DNA of 64,000 nt from the NCBI GenBank assembly GCA_019057795.1, contig JAHLWS010000053.1, forward strand, positions 58,261 through 122,260, in the 5' to 3' direction. Position 1 is the stretch's first letter. Every line of letters starts with the position of its first letter. A program made the position numbers and the translations under genes. Source of the DNA: Promethearchaeota archaeon (lineage in GTDB: Archaea; Asgardarchaeota; Lokiarchaeia; Sigyniarchaeales; SOKP01). Below the pieces are notes generated by a model that made no database searches, had not been told where the DNA came from, and saw nothing but the letters and a program-made list of their open reading frames with translations. Below are positions 20,170 to 31,491 of the stretch, in pieces.

Positions 20170-21987
20170 CTATTTAGGAATATAATAGTATTCATTAATT
20201 CTTTTTTGATAAGCATCTTTAGTACTACCAGTCTTATTAATTCGAGGCCGTTTCGTCAAATTATCTCTTCTAAAAGTGATTCCCATCAATTTTAAAAATA
20301 AATTAAATCCGTCTCTTAAATTTAATGGGGCAAAAGCCTTACCTTCTAACCCAGGTATTCCTTCAAATACTAAAATAGAATCCGCTATAAAATCTTGGGT
20401 TATAATATCATGTTCGACTACAAAGGCTGATTTCTTTAATTCTTCAATGGATTTTCTTAACAGTTGAGCTACTTGTAATCTCATTTCAACATCTAGAAAA
20501 GCAGATGGCTCATCTAACAAATAAATATCAGCTTCAGTTGATAAACAATTGGCTATAGCCACCCTTTGTAATTCGCCACCACTTAATTCAGAAAACCTTC
20601 GTTCTTTAATTTCTTCTAATTTTAAGCCATTTATTAATCGTTTTTTGTAGGATTGACTTAGATACGGAGCCAATCTAATCTTATTGACAATTTCAGAAAC
20701 AAATCTTGATTCAATTTTAATATATTGAGGTTTGATTGAAACTTTTAACTTTTTACTTTCAGCGTTTTCAAAATTAGTCTGATTTTCATTATTAGATTTT
20801 ATTTTATTAGCTATTAAATCGATGAATGTAGATTTGCCAATTCCATTAGCCCCAAGAATACCTATAATTTCGCCAGCGTGGATTTCACTCCCATCTACGG
20901 TTAGATGGAAATCACCTAATGTTTTTTCTAAATCCTCATAAGAGAGTACAATAACTCCAGAATCAAATGACGAATCTATAGGTGGTCTTTCATGAAATCG
21001 AATTGGTTCATTTCTAATTCTTACATTTTCATCTTTAATATACCCATTTAAATAAATATTAATGCCTACTCTTACGCCTTGAGGGTGTGATATAATTCCA
21101 TATGCTCCAGGAATTCCATAAAGTAGGGATATATAATCGCTTAAGTAGTCTAATATTGCTAAGTCGTGTTCAACAACTACAACGGTTTTATCGTTATCCG
21201 TAAGAGATCTAATCAATTTAGCCATGTTAATCCTTTCACTAACATCTAAATAAGAGCTAGGTTCATCAATAAGATATACATCTGCATCTTTGAGATAAGC
21301 GGCAGCAATGGCAACCCTTTGCAACTCACCACCCGATAAAACAGATATGTTTCTATCTAAGATTTCATTAAGGTTAAGTTGCTTAACAATTGTATCTAAA
21401 CGATCATTAACATCGTTTTTTTTTAATAAATTAAAAACTTTTCCTGAAACATGTTTAGGTATAAGAGTAATATTTTGAGGCTTATGAACAATCTTAGATT
21501 TTTTAGTAAACAACTCTATAAAATACTGCTGCAATTCTGAGCCTTTAAAGAAATTAATTATAATATCATTACTTGGAACCTCATCATTAAACCTTCCAAG
21601 ATTCATTCTTAACTCTCCTGATAATATATTTAACATAGTACTTTTCCCTATCCCATTTTGACCTATTAATCCCAGTACCTTTCCTTTCTTAGGAATGGCC
21701 ATTCTAAATAAGGAAAATTGATCTGGGCCATAACGATAAGTCATTTGGTTTTTTAATGGATCTGGTAAATTAACAATGTTTATTGCATTAAAAGGACATT
21801 TTTTTATACAAATTCCACACCCAGTACATAGACTCTCTGTTATTATTACATTTTTCCCTTCCGGGCTTAATTCTATAGTTTTTTCTCCTGTTCTTACCTT
21901 TGGACAATATTTAATGCATGGTTTTTCCCCAAAAGGGCTACATTTATCAGGTTTACAGCGATCTTTATTAAGTACAGCGATTCTCAA
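20170..21987 (-). CDS. rli: ribosome recycling ATPase ABCE1/Rli1
   Basis: N-terminal 2x[4Fe-4S] (CTGCGICIKKCP) and two ABC domains with LSGGELQ. Confidence 0.97.
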   Translation of the reverse strand: MRIAVLNKDRCKPDKCSPFGEKPCIKYCPKVRTGEKTIELSPEGKNVIITESLCTGCGICIKKCPFNAINIVNLPDPLKNQMTYRYGPDQFSLFRMAIPKKGKVLGLIGQNGIGKSTMLNILSGELRMNLGRFNDEVPSNDIIINFFKGSELQQYFIELFTKKSKIVHKPQNITLIPKHVSGKVFNLLKKNDVNDRLDTIVKQLNLNEILDRNISVLSGGELQRVAIAAAYLKDADVYLIDEPSSYLDVSERINMAKLIRSLTDNDKTVVVVEHDLAILDYLSDYISLLYGIPGAYGIISHPQGVRVGINIYLNGYIKDENVRIRNEPIRFHERPPIDSSFDSGVIVLSYEDLEKTLGDFHLTVDGSEIHAGEIIGILGANGIGKSTFIDLIANKIKSNNENQTNFENAESKKLKVSIKPQYIKIESRFVSEIVNKIRLAPYLSQSYKKRLINGLKLEEIKERRFSELSGGELQRVAIANCLSTEADIYLLDEPSAFLDVEMRLQVAQLLRKSIEELKKSAFVVEHDIITQDFIADSILVFEGIPGLEGKAFAPLNLRDGFNLFLKLMGITFRRDNLTKRPRINKTGSTKDAYQKRINEYYYIPK

Positions 21988-22073
21988 AACTTTTTCACCA
22001 CTTTTTAAAATAATAAATGATAAATAATTTTTATCATTTACTCGGCTTAGGTTTAATTAATTAGTGAAATAAT

Positions 22074-23801
22074 TTGGTAAATAAGTTATTAGTACATTGG
22101 CTAGAAGAAACAGTGGATAAAATTTCTGAAAGAAATTTAACAGAATTAACTCTGTCTACTGGAAAAACCCCTTCAGGACACGTTCATATCGGAATTTTAA
22201 GAGAAATAATTATCTGCGACGCTTTAAGAAGAGTATTTGAAGAAAAGGGCCCTAAAATAAATTCTTATCTATTTATGGATGATTTTGACGCAGCTAAAAG
22301 GTTTCCACATTACATCGATAAGACATTTCAGAAAGAGTATTTAGGAAAACCATTTGCTTTAATACCCTGTCCTTTTGAAAATTGTGGATGTGAGAGTTAT
22401 GGAACACATTTTGGAAATGAGTTAATTTCCACCTTTAAGTATTTTGGTATAAAAAATGAAATTATATGGACTTATAGATTGTACCAAAAAAAAGAAATGC
22501 AAGAAAAAATAAAAATTTCTCTAGATAATACAAACCAAATTAAGGAGATTTTAAAAAAATTTATTCTACCTACTTTAGATGATGAACGGAAAAAATTATT
22601 CAAAGAAACGCAAAAAACATGGATACCTGTAATGGCAATTTGCGATAAATGTGAAAAAATACAGGATCGAGACAAAGATGGCACAATACACCCTAATAGG
22701 GTAATAAAATATTTAAACAAAGAACACGAGGTCTTATATGAATGTCCTGCATGTAGCTATAAGGGAAGAGTATCCATTTATAGTGGTAAACTAAAATTAA
22801 ATTGGCGGATCGATTGGCCTGCTAAATGGGCGTTATTTAAGGCTACTTGTGAACCAGCGGGAAAGGATCATAGCGTAAAAGGAGGCGCATACGATACCGG
22901 GTTAGAAATATGCCAAAAAATTTTTAAATATGAAGGGCCAATAAAACTTCCCTATGAATGGTTAAGATTAGGGAAACAAGATATGAAAACTTCAAAGGGT
23001 ATAGTTTTTACTCCACAAAAATATTTAGAATTAGCAGATCCAGAACTTTATAGAATGTTAATCTTAAGAACAAACCCTATGAAGCATATATCTTTAAGAA
23101 TTGAAGAGATTCCTCAATATTATGATTATTACGAAAAAATGGAAAATATATTTTATTCTCTCGAACAACCCGAATCTAAGGAAGAATATAATTTTTATAA
23201 GTATCTCTATCCATTAACCAAAGTTAACGATATTCTTGATACAAAACCAATCAGAATGCCATCAAAACTTTTAATTTTTCTTTCACAAATGCAAAATATA
23301 TTGAGTTTAGAAAAATTATATGAAAAGGGAATATCATCTTTAAGAGATAAGAAAATTCAAAATGCTATTTCGATAGATGAATTTAAATTCCTCTTAAAAA
23401 GAACGGAAAATTGGATTAATGAAGTTAAAAAATTAATTGAGAGTATAAAAGATGACAAGGTTAAAAGAAATATTTTGAGTAAAATTGACATTTTTACGAT
23501 TCCCGAAACAATAGACAACAATCTCATTAAAAGCTTAAGTGAAGACCAATTGGGAGGCCTAATGTTGTTTAGATCTTATTTTGTGCAAAATAATGATCTA
23601 GACGCTGATTCAATTCAAAACAAGATTTTTACTATAGCTAAAGAAGAGCAAGAGATTCCACCAAGAAAAATGTTTGAAGTCTTTTACCTAATCTTATTAG
23701 GGAAAAAGTTTGGACCCCGATTAGGACCATTTTTATTGATGATAGATAAAACTTGGTTTTTAAAGAGATTAAATCAAATACTCGACGAAGACCATAGATA
23801 A
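22074..23801 (+). CDS. lysS: lysine--tRNA ligase, class I
   Basis: TPSGHVHIG, KLNWRIDWPAKW, EPAGKDH, MKTSKG and GPRLG motifs. Confidence 0.97.
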   Translation: MVNKLLVHWLEETVDKISERNLTELTLSTGKTPSGHVHIGILREIIICDALRRVFEEKGPKINSYLFMDDFDAAKRFPHYIDKTFQKEYLGKPFALIPCPFENCGCESYGTHFGNELISTFKYFGIKNEIIWTYRLYQKKEMQEKIKISLDNTNQIKEILKKFILPTLDDERKKLFKETQKTWIPVMAICDKCEKIQDRDKDGTIHPNRVIKYLNKEHEVLYECPACSYKGRVSIYSGKLKLNWRIDWPAKWALFKATCEPAGKDHSVKGGAYDTGLEICQKIFKYEGPIKLPYEWLRLGKQDMKTSKGIVFTPQKYLELADPELYRMLILRTNPMKHISLRIEEIPQYYDYYEKMENIFYSLEQPESKEEYNFYKYLYPLTKVNDILDTKPIRMPSKLLIFLSQMQNILSLEKLYEKGISSLRDKKIQNAISIDEFKFLLKRTENWINEVKKLIESIKDDKVKRNILSKIDIFTIPETIDNNLIKSLSEDQLGGLMLFRSYFVQNNDLDADSIQNKIFTIAKEEQEIPPRKMFEVFYLILLGKKFGPRLGPFLLMIDKTWFLKRLNQILDEDHR

Positions 23802-23821
23802 GGAAAAAAATAAATATTAAT

Positions 23822-24007
23822 CTAACGTGGTTCTTCAGTTTTCTTTTTTCTTTTCCACTTATACCATTTCTTTTTTTCTTGTAGCTTCATATAGCAATCA
23901 GAACAATAAGTAATACCCTCTTCAATAATTTGGTCGCACTTCTTACAATGCTTATGTGGAAAAATATATTCTTCTGACTTCTTTTTGTATCTTTCGTATT
24001 TACTCAA
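23822..24007 (-). CDS. DUF2116-like Zn-ribbon protein
   Basis: PHKHC-x2-C...YCSDC. Confidence 0.75.
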   Translation of the reverse strand: MSKYERYKKKSEEYIFPHKHCKKCDQIIEEGITYCSDCYMKLQEKKKWYKWKRKKKTEEPR

Positions 24008-24052
24008 TTTAAATCTCCAAACAAGTATTAATTAATTTATATAAGTGATAAA

Positions 24053-25312
24053 TTATAACTTTTTCACTCCAGAAACTATTTTTATTCTAAAAAATTGAGC
24101 TTTCTTTAACTTTTGTCTTATTTCTAAAGGATGCAAGGGGAAATGTGAGAGGAAAGTTTCTTTATTATCTATTACATTATTTAAATTATACTTCCAATCA
24201 TGTAGGACTTTATCGATTTTCTCTGGGTTTACTAAAGCAAATACAGATCCTCCCCCTCCCGCACCTGTTAATTTTGCCGCATAAACATTAGGATGATCTT
24301 CAATTAAACTTATTAAAATATTATTAGCTAATCCAATTCCATGGATAAACCCAACATATCTCATTATGTCATTCAAGATGGCTGTATTTTCTCTAAAATA
24401 TTTTCCTAACAAATTCCAATCCTGTTTCATTATCGCAAAACGGGATTTCCAAGAAATTTCTGCTAGTTTTTTATAACTATTTAAAATTTTTGGGTCTTTA
24501 TGTAAATATACATTTCTTAATTTCTCATGAACGCTTCCACTTTCATGCGATACCCCAGAAAAACAAATAATAATTGGTAAACTTTTAATATCATATAATA
24601 AATCAATTCTATCATAAATTGCTAAAGGTTCCATTGAAAGCTCCTTATGATGCAATTTTCCATAATAAGAACAAAAACTTAGCCCTCCCCTAGCTATTAC
24701 ATAGCGATCTCCATATCCCGCAGTTATTTTTAAATCGTCATCTTCGACTTTAGTCGCCATTTCTGCAATGATATCTCTATTTATTGGAAAATCCTCTTTA
24801 TTTATGCATGTTAAATTTTTATATAATCCAAAATATTTTGCAAAACCATATAAAATAGCGATTATTATTGCTGCACTCCCGCCTAACCCACTTTGGCGAG
24901 GTATAGTAGTTATTATACCAATTTCAAAATTATTATTTTTAAATTTCTCCAAAAACACAGAGCATGTTTTAATAAATCTATAAACGCTAGCATAAAAAAG
25001 TTTAAAATCTTCATTATATTTTTTTTTAAACTCTAAAATTTGTTTTGAAATTACTTCTTCTTTCTCAATTTGAACAATAATATTATCTGATATATTTTTA
25101 ATTGAATATAATTTTACAAAGCTAGAATCTACCCTACTTTTTATATAAACAAATGCTGATAATGGATTATTTACACCATTGATTGCTACAGAGGGCATCC
25201 AAAAATCCCCTTCTACCGCATCTAAGGGATTTATTAGATTAATCCTCGATGGAGCTTGAACAACAACCTCAGGATTTAGGTTATTAATAAAATATAAGAT
25301 TTGCTTTAACAT
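24053..25312 (-). CDS. GHMP-family sugar kinase
   Basis: APSRINL, IPRQSGLGGSAA and AKLTGAGGGG motifs. Confidence 0.9.
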   Translation of the reverse strand: MLKQILYFINNLNPEVVVQAPSRINLINPLDAVEGDFWMPSVAINGVNNPLSAFVYIKSRVDSSFVKLYSIKNISDNIIVQIEKEEVISKQILEFKKKYNEDFKLFYASVYRFIKTCSVFLEKFKNNNFEIGIITTIPRQSGLGGSAAIIIAILYGFAKYFGLYKNLTCINKEDFPINRDIIAEMATKVEDDDLKITAGYGDRYVIARGGLSFCSYYGKLHHKELSMEPLAIYDRIDLLYDIKSLPIIICFSGVSHESGSVHEKLRNVYLHKDPKILNSYKKLAEISWKSRFAIMKQDWNLLGKYFRENTAILNDIMRYVGFIHGIGLANNILISLIEDHPNVYAAKLTGAGGGGSVFALVNPEKIDKVLHDWKYNLNNVIDNKETFLSHFPLHPLEIRQKLKKAQFFRIKIVSGVKKL

Positions 25313-25530
25313 TTTAATAACGCTTCTTGATGTTTAATTGATTATTTTAAAAAAATTGATTTAAACTAGTCTTGTTTTATAGAATTTTTAATCCTATAAA
25401 GAAATTTTATATAATACTTATAATATTTTTTTACTTTTTCTGAACTTAAAAGTTATTAAAATCTCTCTTTAAATTGGAATCTGTAAAAAAATGCTAAGTT
25501 TTTATAATTTCAACAAAGAAATTTTATGAC

Positions 25531-26667
25531 ATGGTTAAAAAAGGCAAGTTCAAATTACTCTCCTTTTTAATTGAGAATCAATTAATTTATTATAAAAGTT
25601 TAAACAAAAATAAAAAATTAGTAGCTTTTTCAATTATAGAGACTAATAGTCTACTAAAAATAATTCCAATTCTTAATGATTTCCTTAAAAAAAGGTTTCT
25701 GCTTTATTATTCAATTCAGATTAATATCCCTAAAAAAAGAAGAAAATTAATTATATTAAATTTTATTAGTAATGATAAAAATAGAATTGTAAAATTTTTT
25801 AGTTTAATTTATCAACAAATAAGTGAATGCGATAAATCTGCTAAGTTTTTGAAAAAACGTTATTTAAAAAGACAGTTTTTACATGTTATTTCAAATAAGA
25901 TTAATGTAGATATGAACACTATGAAATTAGGAGATTCATTAATATTAAAACATGATGATGATTTACAATTTTTACATTTTTATCAAATAAATTGCCCTTT
26001 TATAGAAAATAAAAGCGTTTCTTTGCATAATTTACTAAAATTACTCAATAATTTTAACCGGAAAGGATTTTTGATCTTTAATATAAAGGTTAATAACAAA
26101 GAAGAGCTCATATACCACACTTATTTTATCGACATCAAATATGAAAAAAATAATTCTTCACTGGACATTGAAAAGGAAGTTAATTCTCTGTTTAATTGTG
26201 AACTATTTAAAAATATAGAAGTAAATTTGAAACTCCTTTATTGTATTTTATGGAGGACTAACATTTCTGAGATTTATTACAATTTAGAAAACGGAGTTAA
26301 TCTATTTTTATCTTTAAGCCAATTCAATTTTCAAAAATTATCAAAGTTCAATACTCAGTTTGAAAAGGCTTTGCAATTGAATCAAATTAATTTTCATAGA
26401 TTGAACCGAAATCTCTTATTGATTGAAGATAAAATTCTATTTTTAATTTTTAAAGATTTTCATCGCGAAGATATTTTGAGACTTTTAGAAAAATTCTATT
26501 CAAGATATTTTGTAATTATTTTAATTTTAAATCGGGACGAGTATAAAAAGTTATTAGATGTTAATAAAATAAAGTTCTTGGAGAATCTAAAAACTTTGAA
26601 CTATATGGATTTTGTGAAACTCAATTTTTCAGTTTTGAAAAATGAATATGTATTAAAAAATTCCTAA
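25531..26667 (+). CDS. hypothetical protein
   Basis: 378-aa ORF; its 3' end overlaps rpl23 convergently. Confidence 0.65.
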   Translation: MVKKGKFKLLSFLIENQLIYYKSLNKNKKLVAFSIIETNSLLKIIPILNDFLKKRFLLYYSIQINIPKKRRKLIILNFISNDKNRIVKFFSLIYQQISECDKSAKFLKKRYLKRQFLHVISNKINVDMNTMKLGDSLILKHDDDLQFLHFYQINCPFIENKSVSLHNLLKLLNNFNRKGFLIFNIKVNNKEELIYHTYFIDIKYEKNNSSLDIEKEVNSLFNCELFKNIEVNLKLLYCILWRTNISEIYYNLENGVNLFLSLSQFNFQKLSKFNTQFEKALQLNQINFHRLNRNLLLIEDKILFLIFKDFHREDILRLLEKFYSRYFVIILILNRDEYKKLLDVNKIKFLENLKTLNYMDFVKLNFSVLKNEYVLKNS

Positions 26668-26916
26668 ATCAATAGCAATATCTTGAGCAGAATAATCTGA
26701 GCGTAGTTTAATTAGGGCTTTTTTTTCTCCTCGAGGAGTAATTATTGTATTAACCTTTATCACTTTTACATTATGAATTTTTTCTATAGCTTGTTTAATT
26801 TGACTTTTATTAGCTCTTTTATGAACAATAAAAACCAATTTATTTTCTCTCTCAATTAGATCAAATGTCTTTTCCGTTATTAAAGGTCTTTGAATAATTT
26901 TATAATATCTTTCCAT
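26653..26916 (-). CDS. rpl23: 50S ribosomal protein L23
   Basis: P-x2-TEK, NKLVFIV, KVNT and GEKKA motifs. Confidence 0.97.
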   Translation of the reverse strand: MERYYKIIQRPLITEKTFDLIERENKLVFIVHKRANKSQIKQAIEKIHNVKVIKVNTIITPRGEKKALIKLRSDYSAQDIAIDLGIF

Positions 26917-26917
26917 T

Positions 26918-27706
26918 TTAAATTAACGCCTCATAATTCTTTAAATCATTAAAAGCAGATTGAGCCCATAGAATTAATCGTCCTGACAACCCTCCTGGTG
27001 CTAAATTGGCGATTGACAAATTTTCAAACTTAACAACATCCACTCCCGGAATATTTCTTGAAGCCTTTACTATTCCGAAATCGTCTTTTATAACAACTAA
27101 AATACTTTTTTTATTTTTGTATTTACGTCCTCTCCTTTTCCCTTTTCCGGCTCTAATTTTTTTGCCTTCTTTAACCTTAACCAGGTCATCTTCCAAACCT
27201 AATTCAGAGAGGATTGAATACATTAATTTCGTTTTTTTAACAGTTTGAATTTTATCATCAATTACTAATGGTATTTCTGGGACTTTATCAATGAGATGAC
27301 CTCGGTTTTTAACCCAATCTAAATCGCCAGAAGCAGAAATCGCGGAAATTAATGATAATTTGTTTACCTTTTTATTTATTTTTTTCTTAACAATTTTCTC
27401 TGTTTTAATAGGGTGTGCCCTTCTTCCGCCTTTTGCGAAAGGAACCCTCCCAACATTCCGAGCTGTGGGGAATCCTGAACCCTTTATTCGTGGAGCCCTT
27501 GAGACTCCATGTCCTGTGCCCCAGCCCTTAGCTGTATTTCTTAACCCTGCTCTCTTATTTCTACCTTGAACTTGTTTATTTCTACTGAAAGAAATTTCAC
27601 TTGCTTTTCGAATTAGATCTTTTCTAGGTTTTGTACTAAATATTCTTGGCATATCAACTAAAATTTTTTTTTTACCATCTAAATCATAAACATTAACTTT
27701 CTCCAT
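26918..27706 (-). CDS. rpl4: 50S ribosomal protein L4
   Basis: [25 protein letters not shown]-x-RGR and LAPGG motifs. Confidence 0.97.
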   Translation of the reverse strand: MEKVNVYDLDGKKKILVDMPRIFSTKPRKDLIRKASEISFSRNKQVQGRNKRAGLRNTAKGWGTGHGVSRAPRIKGSGFPTARNVGRVPFAKGGRRAHPIKTEKIVKKKINKKVNKLSLISAISASGDLDWVKNRGHLIDKVPEIPLVIDDKIQTVKKTKLMYSILSELGLEDDLVKVKEGKKIRAGKGKRRGRKYKNKKSILVVIKDDFGIVKASRNIPGVDVVKFENLSIANLAPGGLSGRLILWAQSAFNDLKNYEALI

Positions 27707-27713
27707 AAAATCA

Positions 27714-28733
27714 CTATTTTCTTTGTTGACTTTCTCTACTAATAAATGTTATTTCTGGTGATTTAACCATAAACGACTTTACTGGTCTTATTGTTTTTCT
27801 TATTCTAATTAACCGATTTTTTGGTCCCGGTATGGATCCTAACACAAGAAGATATTCTCCGTTAACTTTGCCATATCTAATGAAACCCCCCTTAGGGTTT
27901 ATTTCTTCTTCATTTTCTCCAATGACCATAATTCGTTTATGATATTCCGTTCTTTGATGATACCCCATTTGCCCAGGACGCGGAACTGTATAAAGAACTC
28001 GGGCCGGATGCCAAGGACCTATACACGCTACAACTCTTCTAGCTTTACTATTTTTTCGGGTTAATATTTTCACGCCATATCTTTTAACGGGCCCTTGAAA
28101 TCCTTTTCCTTTTGTAACGGCTAATATATCAACCAATTCACCTTCTATTAAAACATCCCTTGCCTTAATTTCTTTACCTAAATATTCTAAAGCAAAATTA
28201 AATTCATCTATTGGGGATCCAATAGAGTTCAACTTAATTTCAATAATATCGGGCTTTTTTCTTGGTAAAGATGTAAGATGCGGTTGAGTTTGAAAAATCC
28301 CTCTAATATCACTTGTGTTATTTAAGGTTTTAGAGAGTTTTTTTTTAATTTCATCATAATTGTATTTTTCGAAATTCGGAATGTTAATTTTGCGAGTAAG
28401 ATAATTATTTAATTCAGTAGAAAAAATATCTCCCTCTATATATTTTCCATACTCATCTTCATTATAAATTCTAATTCCAATGAGGATTAAAGGAGGAACT
28501 TCAATAACTGTAACTGGTTTCATCAATTCTTTTCCATAATAAGGACTATTTTTTTGATCTTCTATATATGTAATATGAGTCATACCTGCTTTGAAACCAG
28601 CAAACCCTAAAAATATAACATTTTTAGATGTATCTAACCAGTGTCTTACCCTACCTTTAGCAGATGTGGCTCTTTTTCTAGGAAGAAACGCTAATGAACC
28701 GTGTCTTGGAGCATGTTTTTTGCGGTGACCCAT
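27714..28733 (-). CDS. rpl3: 50S ribosomal protein L3
   Basis: PRHGSL-x2-LPRKRA, GFKAGMTH, TKGKGFQG and GPWHP motifs. Confidence 0.97.
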   Translation of the reverse strand: MGHRKKHAPRHGSLAFLPRKRATSAKGRVRHWLDTSKNVIFLGFAGFKAGMTHITYIEDQKNSPYYGKELMKPVTVIEVPPLILIGIRIYNEDEYGKYIEGDIFSTELNNYLTRKINIPNFEKYNYDEIKKKLSKTLNNTSDIRGIFQTQPHLTSLPRKKPDIIEIKLNSIGSPIDEFNFALEYLGKEIKARDVLIEGELVDILAVTKGKGFQGPVKRYGVKILTRKNSKARRVVACIGPWHPARVLYTVPRPGQMGYHQRTEYHKRIMVIGENEEEINPKGGFIRYGKVNGEYLLVLGSIPGPKNRLIRIRKTIRPVKSFMVKSPEITFISRESQQRK

Positions 28734-28865
28734 ATGTAATCACTTACGACTTTAAAACTCTAAATTATTTAAAATAAAAAAAGTTTTGCATTCAATCATA
28801 AAATTTAAATTCCTTAAATTAAAAAAATGGGCTTTTTAAATTTATGTTATAAAAAAAATAGATAG

Positions 28866-31052
28866 ATGACATTAAAATTTGAAAATTTAAGTCATATACA
28901 AGTAAAAGAGACTTTAAGTAGCAAAGAAGAGAAAATTTTAGTTATTGATTGTTCTGAGTGTTCAGGGGCACTAGAGGATTTATTTCAAAATGGAGAATGT
29001 ATATTATGTGTTCTAAAAAATTTATATTTAAATAGAAAAAAAGTTTTTGAAAATTTAACAACAAAAATCCATGATCCATTAATCGAACGAGATCAAATTT
29101 CATTATTTTTGAATTATTTTAAAAGAATAAACTATATTAAAAAAATTTGGAGAAAAATTGAGAGTATAGGAAAAAAGAAATGTATATATCAAGAATTTAA
29201 TTGTAAAATCACAGCTTTATGTGCTATGTTTCTCTCTTTAAATAATGATCTTATCTTAAATCCACTTTATGTTTTCAATTTTATTTCTGAGAAAATTGAT
29301 GAACTTAAAGATCACGAATATTTTAATAGAGAGTGCCAAAATTGCTCTAAAAAAGTATTGGTTTTACTGGAAACTCTCTTAAATGCCCTAAATGAACTGA
29401 AAATAATTCAAAGTTATAAAAGATTTCTTAAAAGTAATAGTAATTCCAAAGATTTAAACAAATTTTACGAAGAATTCTTTTTTAAAAAATCGTTATTTTT
29501 TAAAGAAAAAAGAAGTTTTGACAAAGCTTTAATAATATCTACTGGTGATTTAATTGAAAAATATAAAACGGGAGATAATCAAATATTTCAAATTTCTATT
29601 TATAATATTGCTAATGAATATGAAAAAAAATATACTGTACAATATTCATATGAATCCGTAGTTGATGAAAACTATTTTAAAAAGGTTGTACAAGATGTCA
29701 AAAACAATTTAAAACTCCTCGAAATTAATATAATCGCTCCGTTAGAAAATTTAATAAGTATGTACAAAAAAGAAGCTTTAATTTATTTAGATTCAAAATA
29801 TAAGTTTCCATTAATCGAAAGGGAAAGAATTGCATATATCGCTGCATTATGTAAATTAAACATAGAAAAGATTTTTCCTCTATTAATTGACGATTTTATT
29901 GAAGAAGTTTTTTTAGATTCTCCAAATGATAAGATATACATAAATCATCAAAAATTTGGACGTTGTAGAACAGATATTAAATTTGAATTAAAGGAAATTG
30001 AGAGATTAAAAACATTTTTAAGAATATATAGTGGAAAGAGACTTGACTATTCCAATCCAAGTATTAAAGTAGTAATAAAGAATAAATATTTTTATTGCAG
30101 GTTTGCGATCGATGTTGAACCTATTCAGTTAAATAATTTCGCGTTAGATATAAGAAAGTTAAATAAAAACATATTAACTGTTCAAGATTTACTGAAAAAC
30201 GGAACCATTAGTCCCGCAATAGCCGCATTTTTATATTTGTCGCTAATAAGAAGGGTGAATATCACGGTTACTGGTGAAACCGACACTGGAAAAACAACAT
30301 TAATAAACGCATTAGATTTATTAACACCAAAAGAATTTCGAAAAATATATGTAGAAAATGTGATTGAATCATTAAACCAATCAAAATACGAGAAACATCA
30401 ACTAAAATATAAAGTTGATTCACTCCAAGTAGGATTAAACCATAAACTTTCAAAACAAAATCAAATTAGGAAATTATTACATCGTACGCCTGATATTATT
30501 TATTTAGGAGAAATTCTAACTAAAGAGGAAGCTGAGGCAATGTTTCACTGTTTAGCTGCTGGGTTAAAGGGATTTCAAACGATTCATTCTAACGACATCG
30601 CTTCTTTAATAAATAGAATAATTCATCATTTCAAAATTCATATTTCCTGTTTAAGAGATTTAGGTCTTATCGTTTTCATGAGAAAAAATCGAGAAAAAAG
30701 ATTTGTTGATTCAATTTCGGAAATAAATAATAATATTGAAGATAATAAAGAAATTTATCAAACCCTTTTCAAATTCAATCCTCAAAAACAAAACTGGGCG
30801 AACCTAATAAGTTTATTTAACTCAAACATTATCTGTAAGCTAAGAAAATACGAAGATATTAGTAAAGAAAAATTTCAAGTATTATTTAATCTTTATAAAG
30901 ACATGTTTAATACTCTTCAAATAATTGATAAACTATCAATTGATAAATTAATTAAGTTTTTTGATCAAGTTTCTTTTCATTCTTCAGATAATCTAGAGAA
31001 CCTTTGTTTATTTTTAGAAAATTGGAAAAACTCATGTAGTTTAAATTTATAA
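28866..31052 (+). CDS. type II/IV secretion (TadA/VirB11-like) assembly ATPase with a Cys-rich N-terminus
   Basis: Walker A GETDTGKT, R-x-PD-x3-LGE Walker B and TIHS His box. Confidence 0.85.
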   Translation: MTLKFENLSHIQVKETLSSKEEKILVIDCSECSGALEDLFQNGECILCVLKNLYLNRKKVFENLTTKIHDPLIERDQISLFLNYFKRINYIKKIWRKIESIGKKKCIYQEFNCKITALCAMFLSLNNDLILNPLYVFNFISEKIDELKDHEYFNRECQNCSKKVLVLLETLLNALNELKIIQSYKRFLKSNSNSKDLNKFYEEFFFKKSLFFKEKRSFDKALIISTGDLIEKYKTGDNQIFQISIYNIANEYEKKYTVQYSYESVVDENYFKKVVQDVKNNLKLLEINIIAPLENLISMYKKEALIYLDSKYKFPLIERERIAYIAALCKLNIEKIFPLLIDDFIEEVFLDSPNDKIYINHQKFGRCRTDIKFELKEIERLKTFLRIYSGKRLDYSNPSIKVVIKNKYFYCRFAIDVEPIQLNNFALDIRKLNKNILTVQDLLKNGTISPAIAAFLYLSLIRRVNITVTGETDTGKTTLINALDLLTPKEFRKIYVENVIESLNQSKYEKHQLKYKVDSLQVGLNHKLSKQNQIRKLLHRTPDIIYLGEILTKEEAEAMFHCLAAGLKGFQTIHSNDIASLINRIIHHFKIHISCLRDLGLIVFMRKNREKRFVDSISEINNNIEDNKEIYQTLFKFNPQKQNWANLISLFNSNIICKLRKYEDISKEKFQVLFNLYKDMFNTLQIIDKLSIDKLIKFFDQVSFHSSDNLENLCLFLENWKNSCSLNL

Positions 31053-31053
31053 A

Positions 31054-31482
31054 TTGTTAAAATCAGATATGACAAATCTGTTAGAAAAGGCATTATTAAT
31101 GGGTTTTGGAATTTTTGTTTTAACTATTTTTCTATCAATGATTAATCCATTTATTATACAAATTTCTGAATTTAATAGAACAATAGAAAATGACATAATA
31201 GCCTATGAAAGTTTCTTTAATGAGGTAGATATAGCTGTCAAATTCATCATTGAAAATCCAGATGCGATTTATTTAAGAGAAATTGATTATCCTAAAAATT
31301 TGAATGTTACATTTGATGATTTTTATGTTAAATACGATTTTTTAATTGAAAATAAATTAAATTATAAAATATATGAATATAATAAACCTTTTATAAATCA
31401 TTTTTACAGAAATTTATCTACAACTACTTTCATATTAAATGTTTCATGTTTTCAAAACTTTATTGCTGTATATTTTAATTAA
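31054..31482 (+). CDS. pilin-like protein
   Basis: MTNLLEK followed by a hydrophobic helix; lies between the ATPase and platform genes. Confidence 0.55.
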   Translation: MLKSDMTNLLEKALLMGFGIFVLTIFLSMINPFIIQISEFNRTIENDIIAYESFFNEVDIAVKFIIENPDAIYLREIDYPKNLNVTFDDFYVKYDFLIENKLNYKIYEYNKPFINHFYRNLSTTTFILNVSCFQNFIAVYFN

Positions 31483-31491
31483 TTTTAAAAC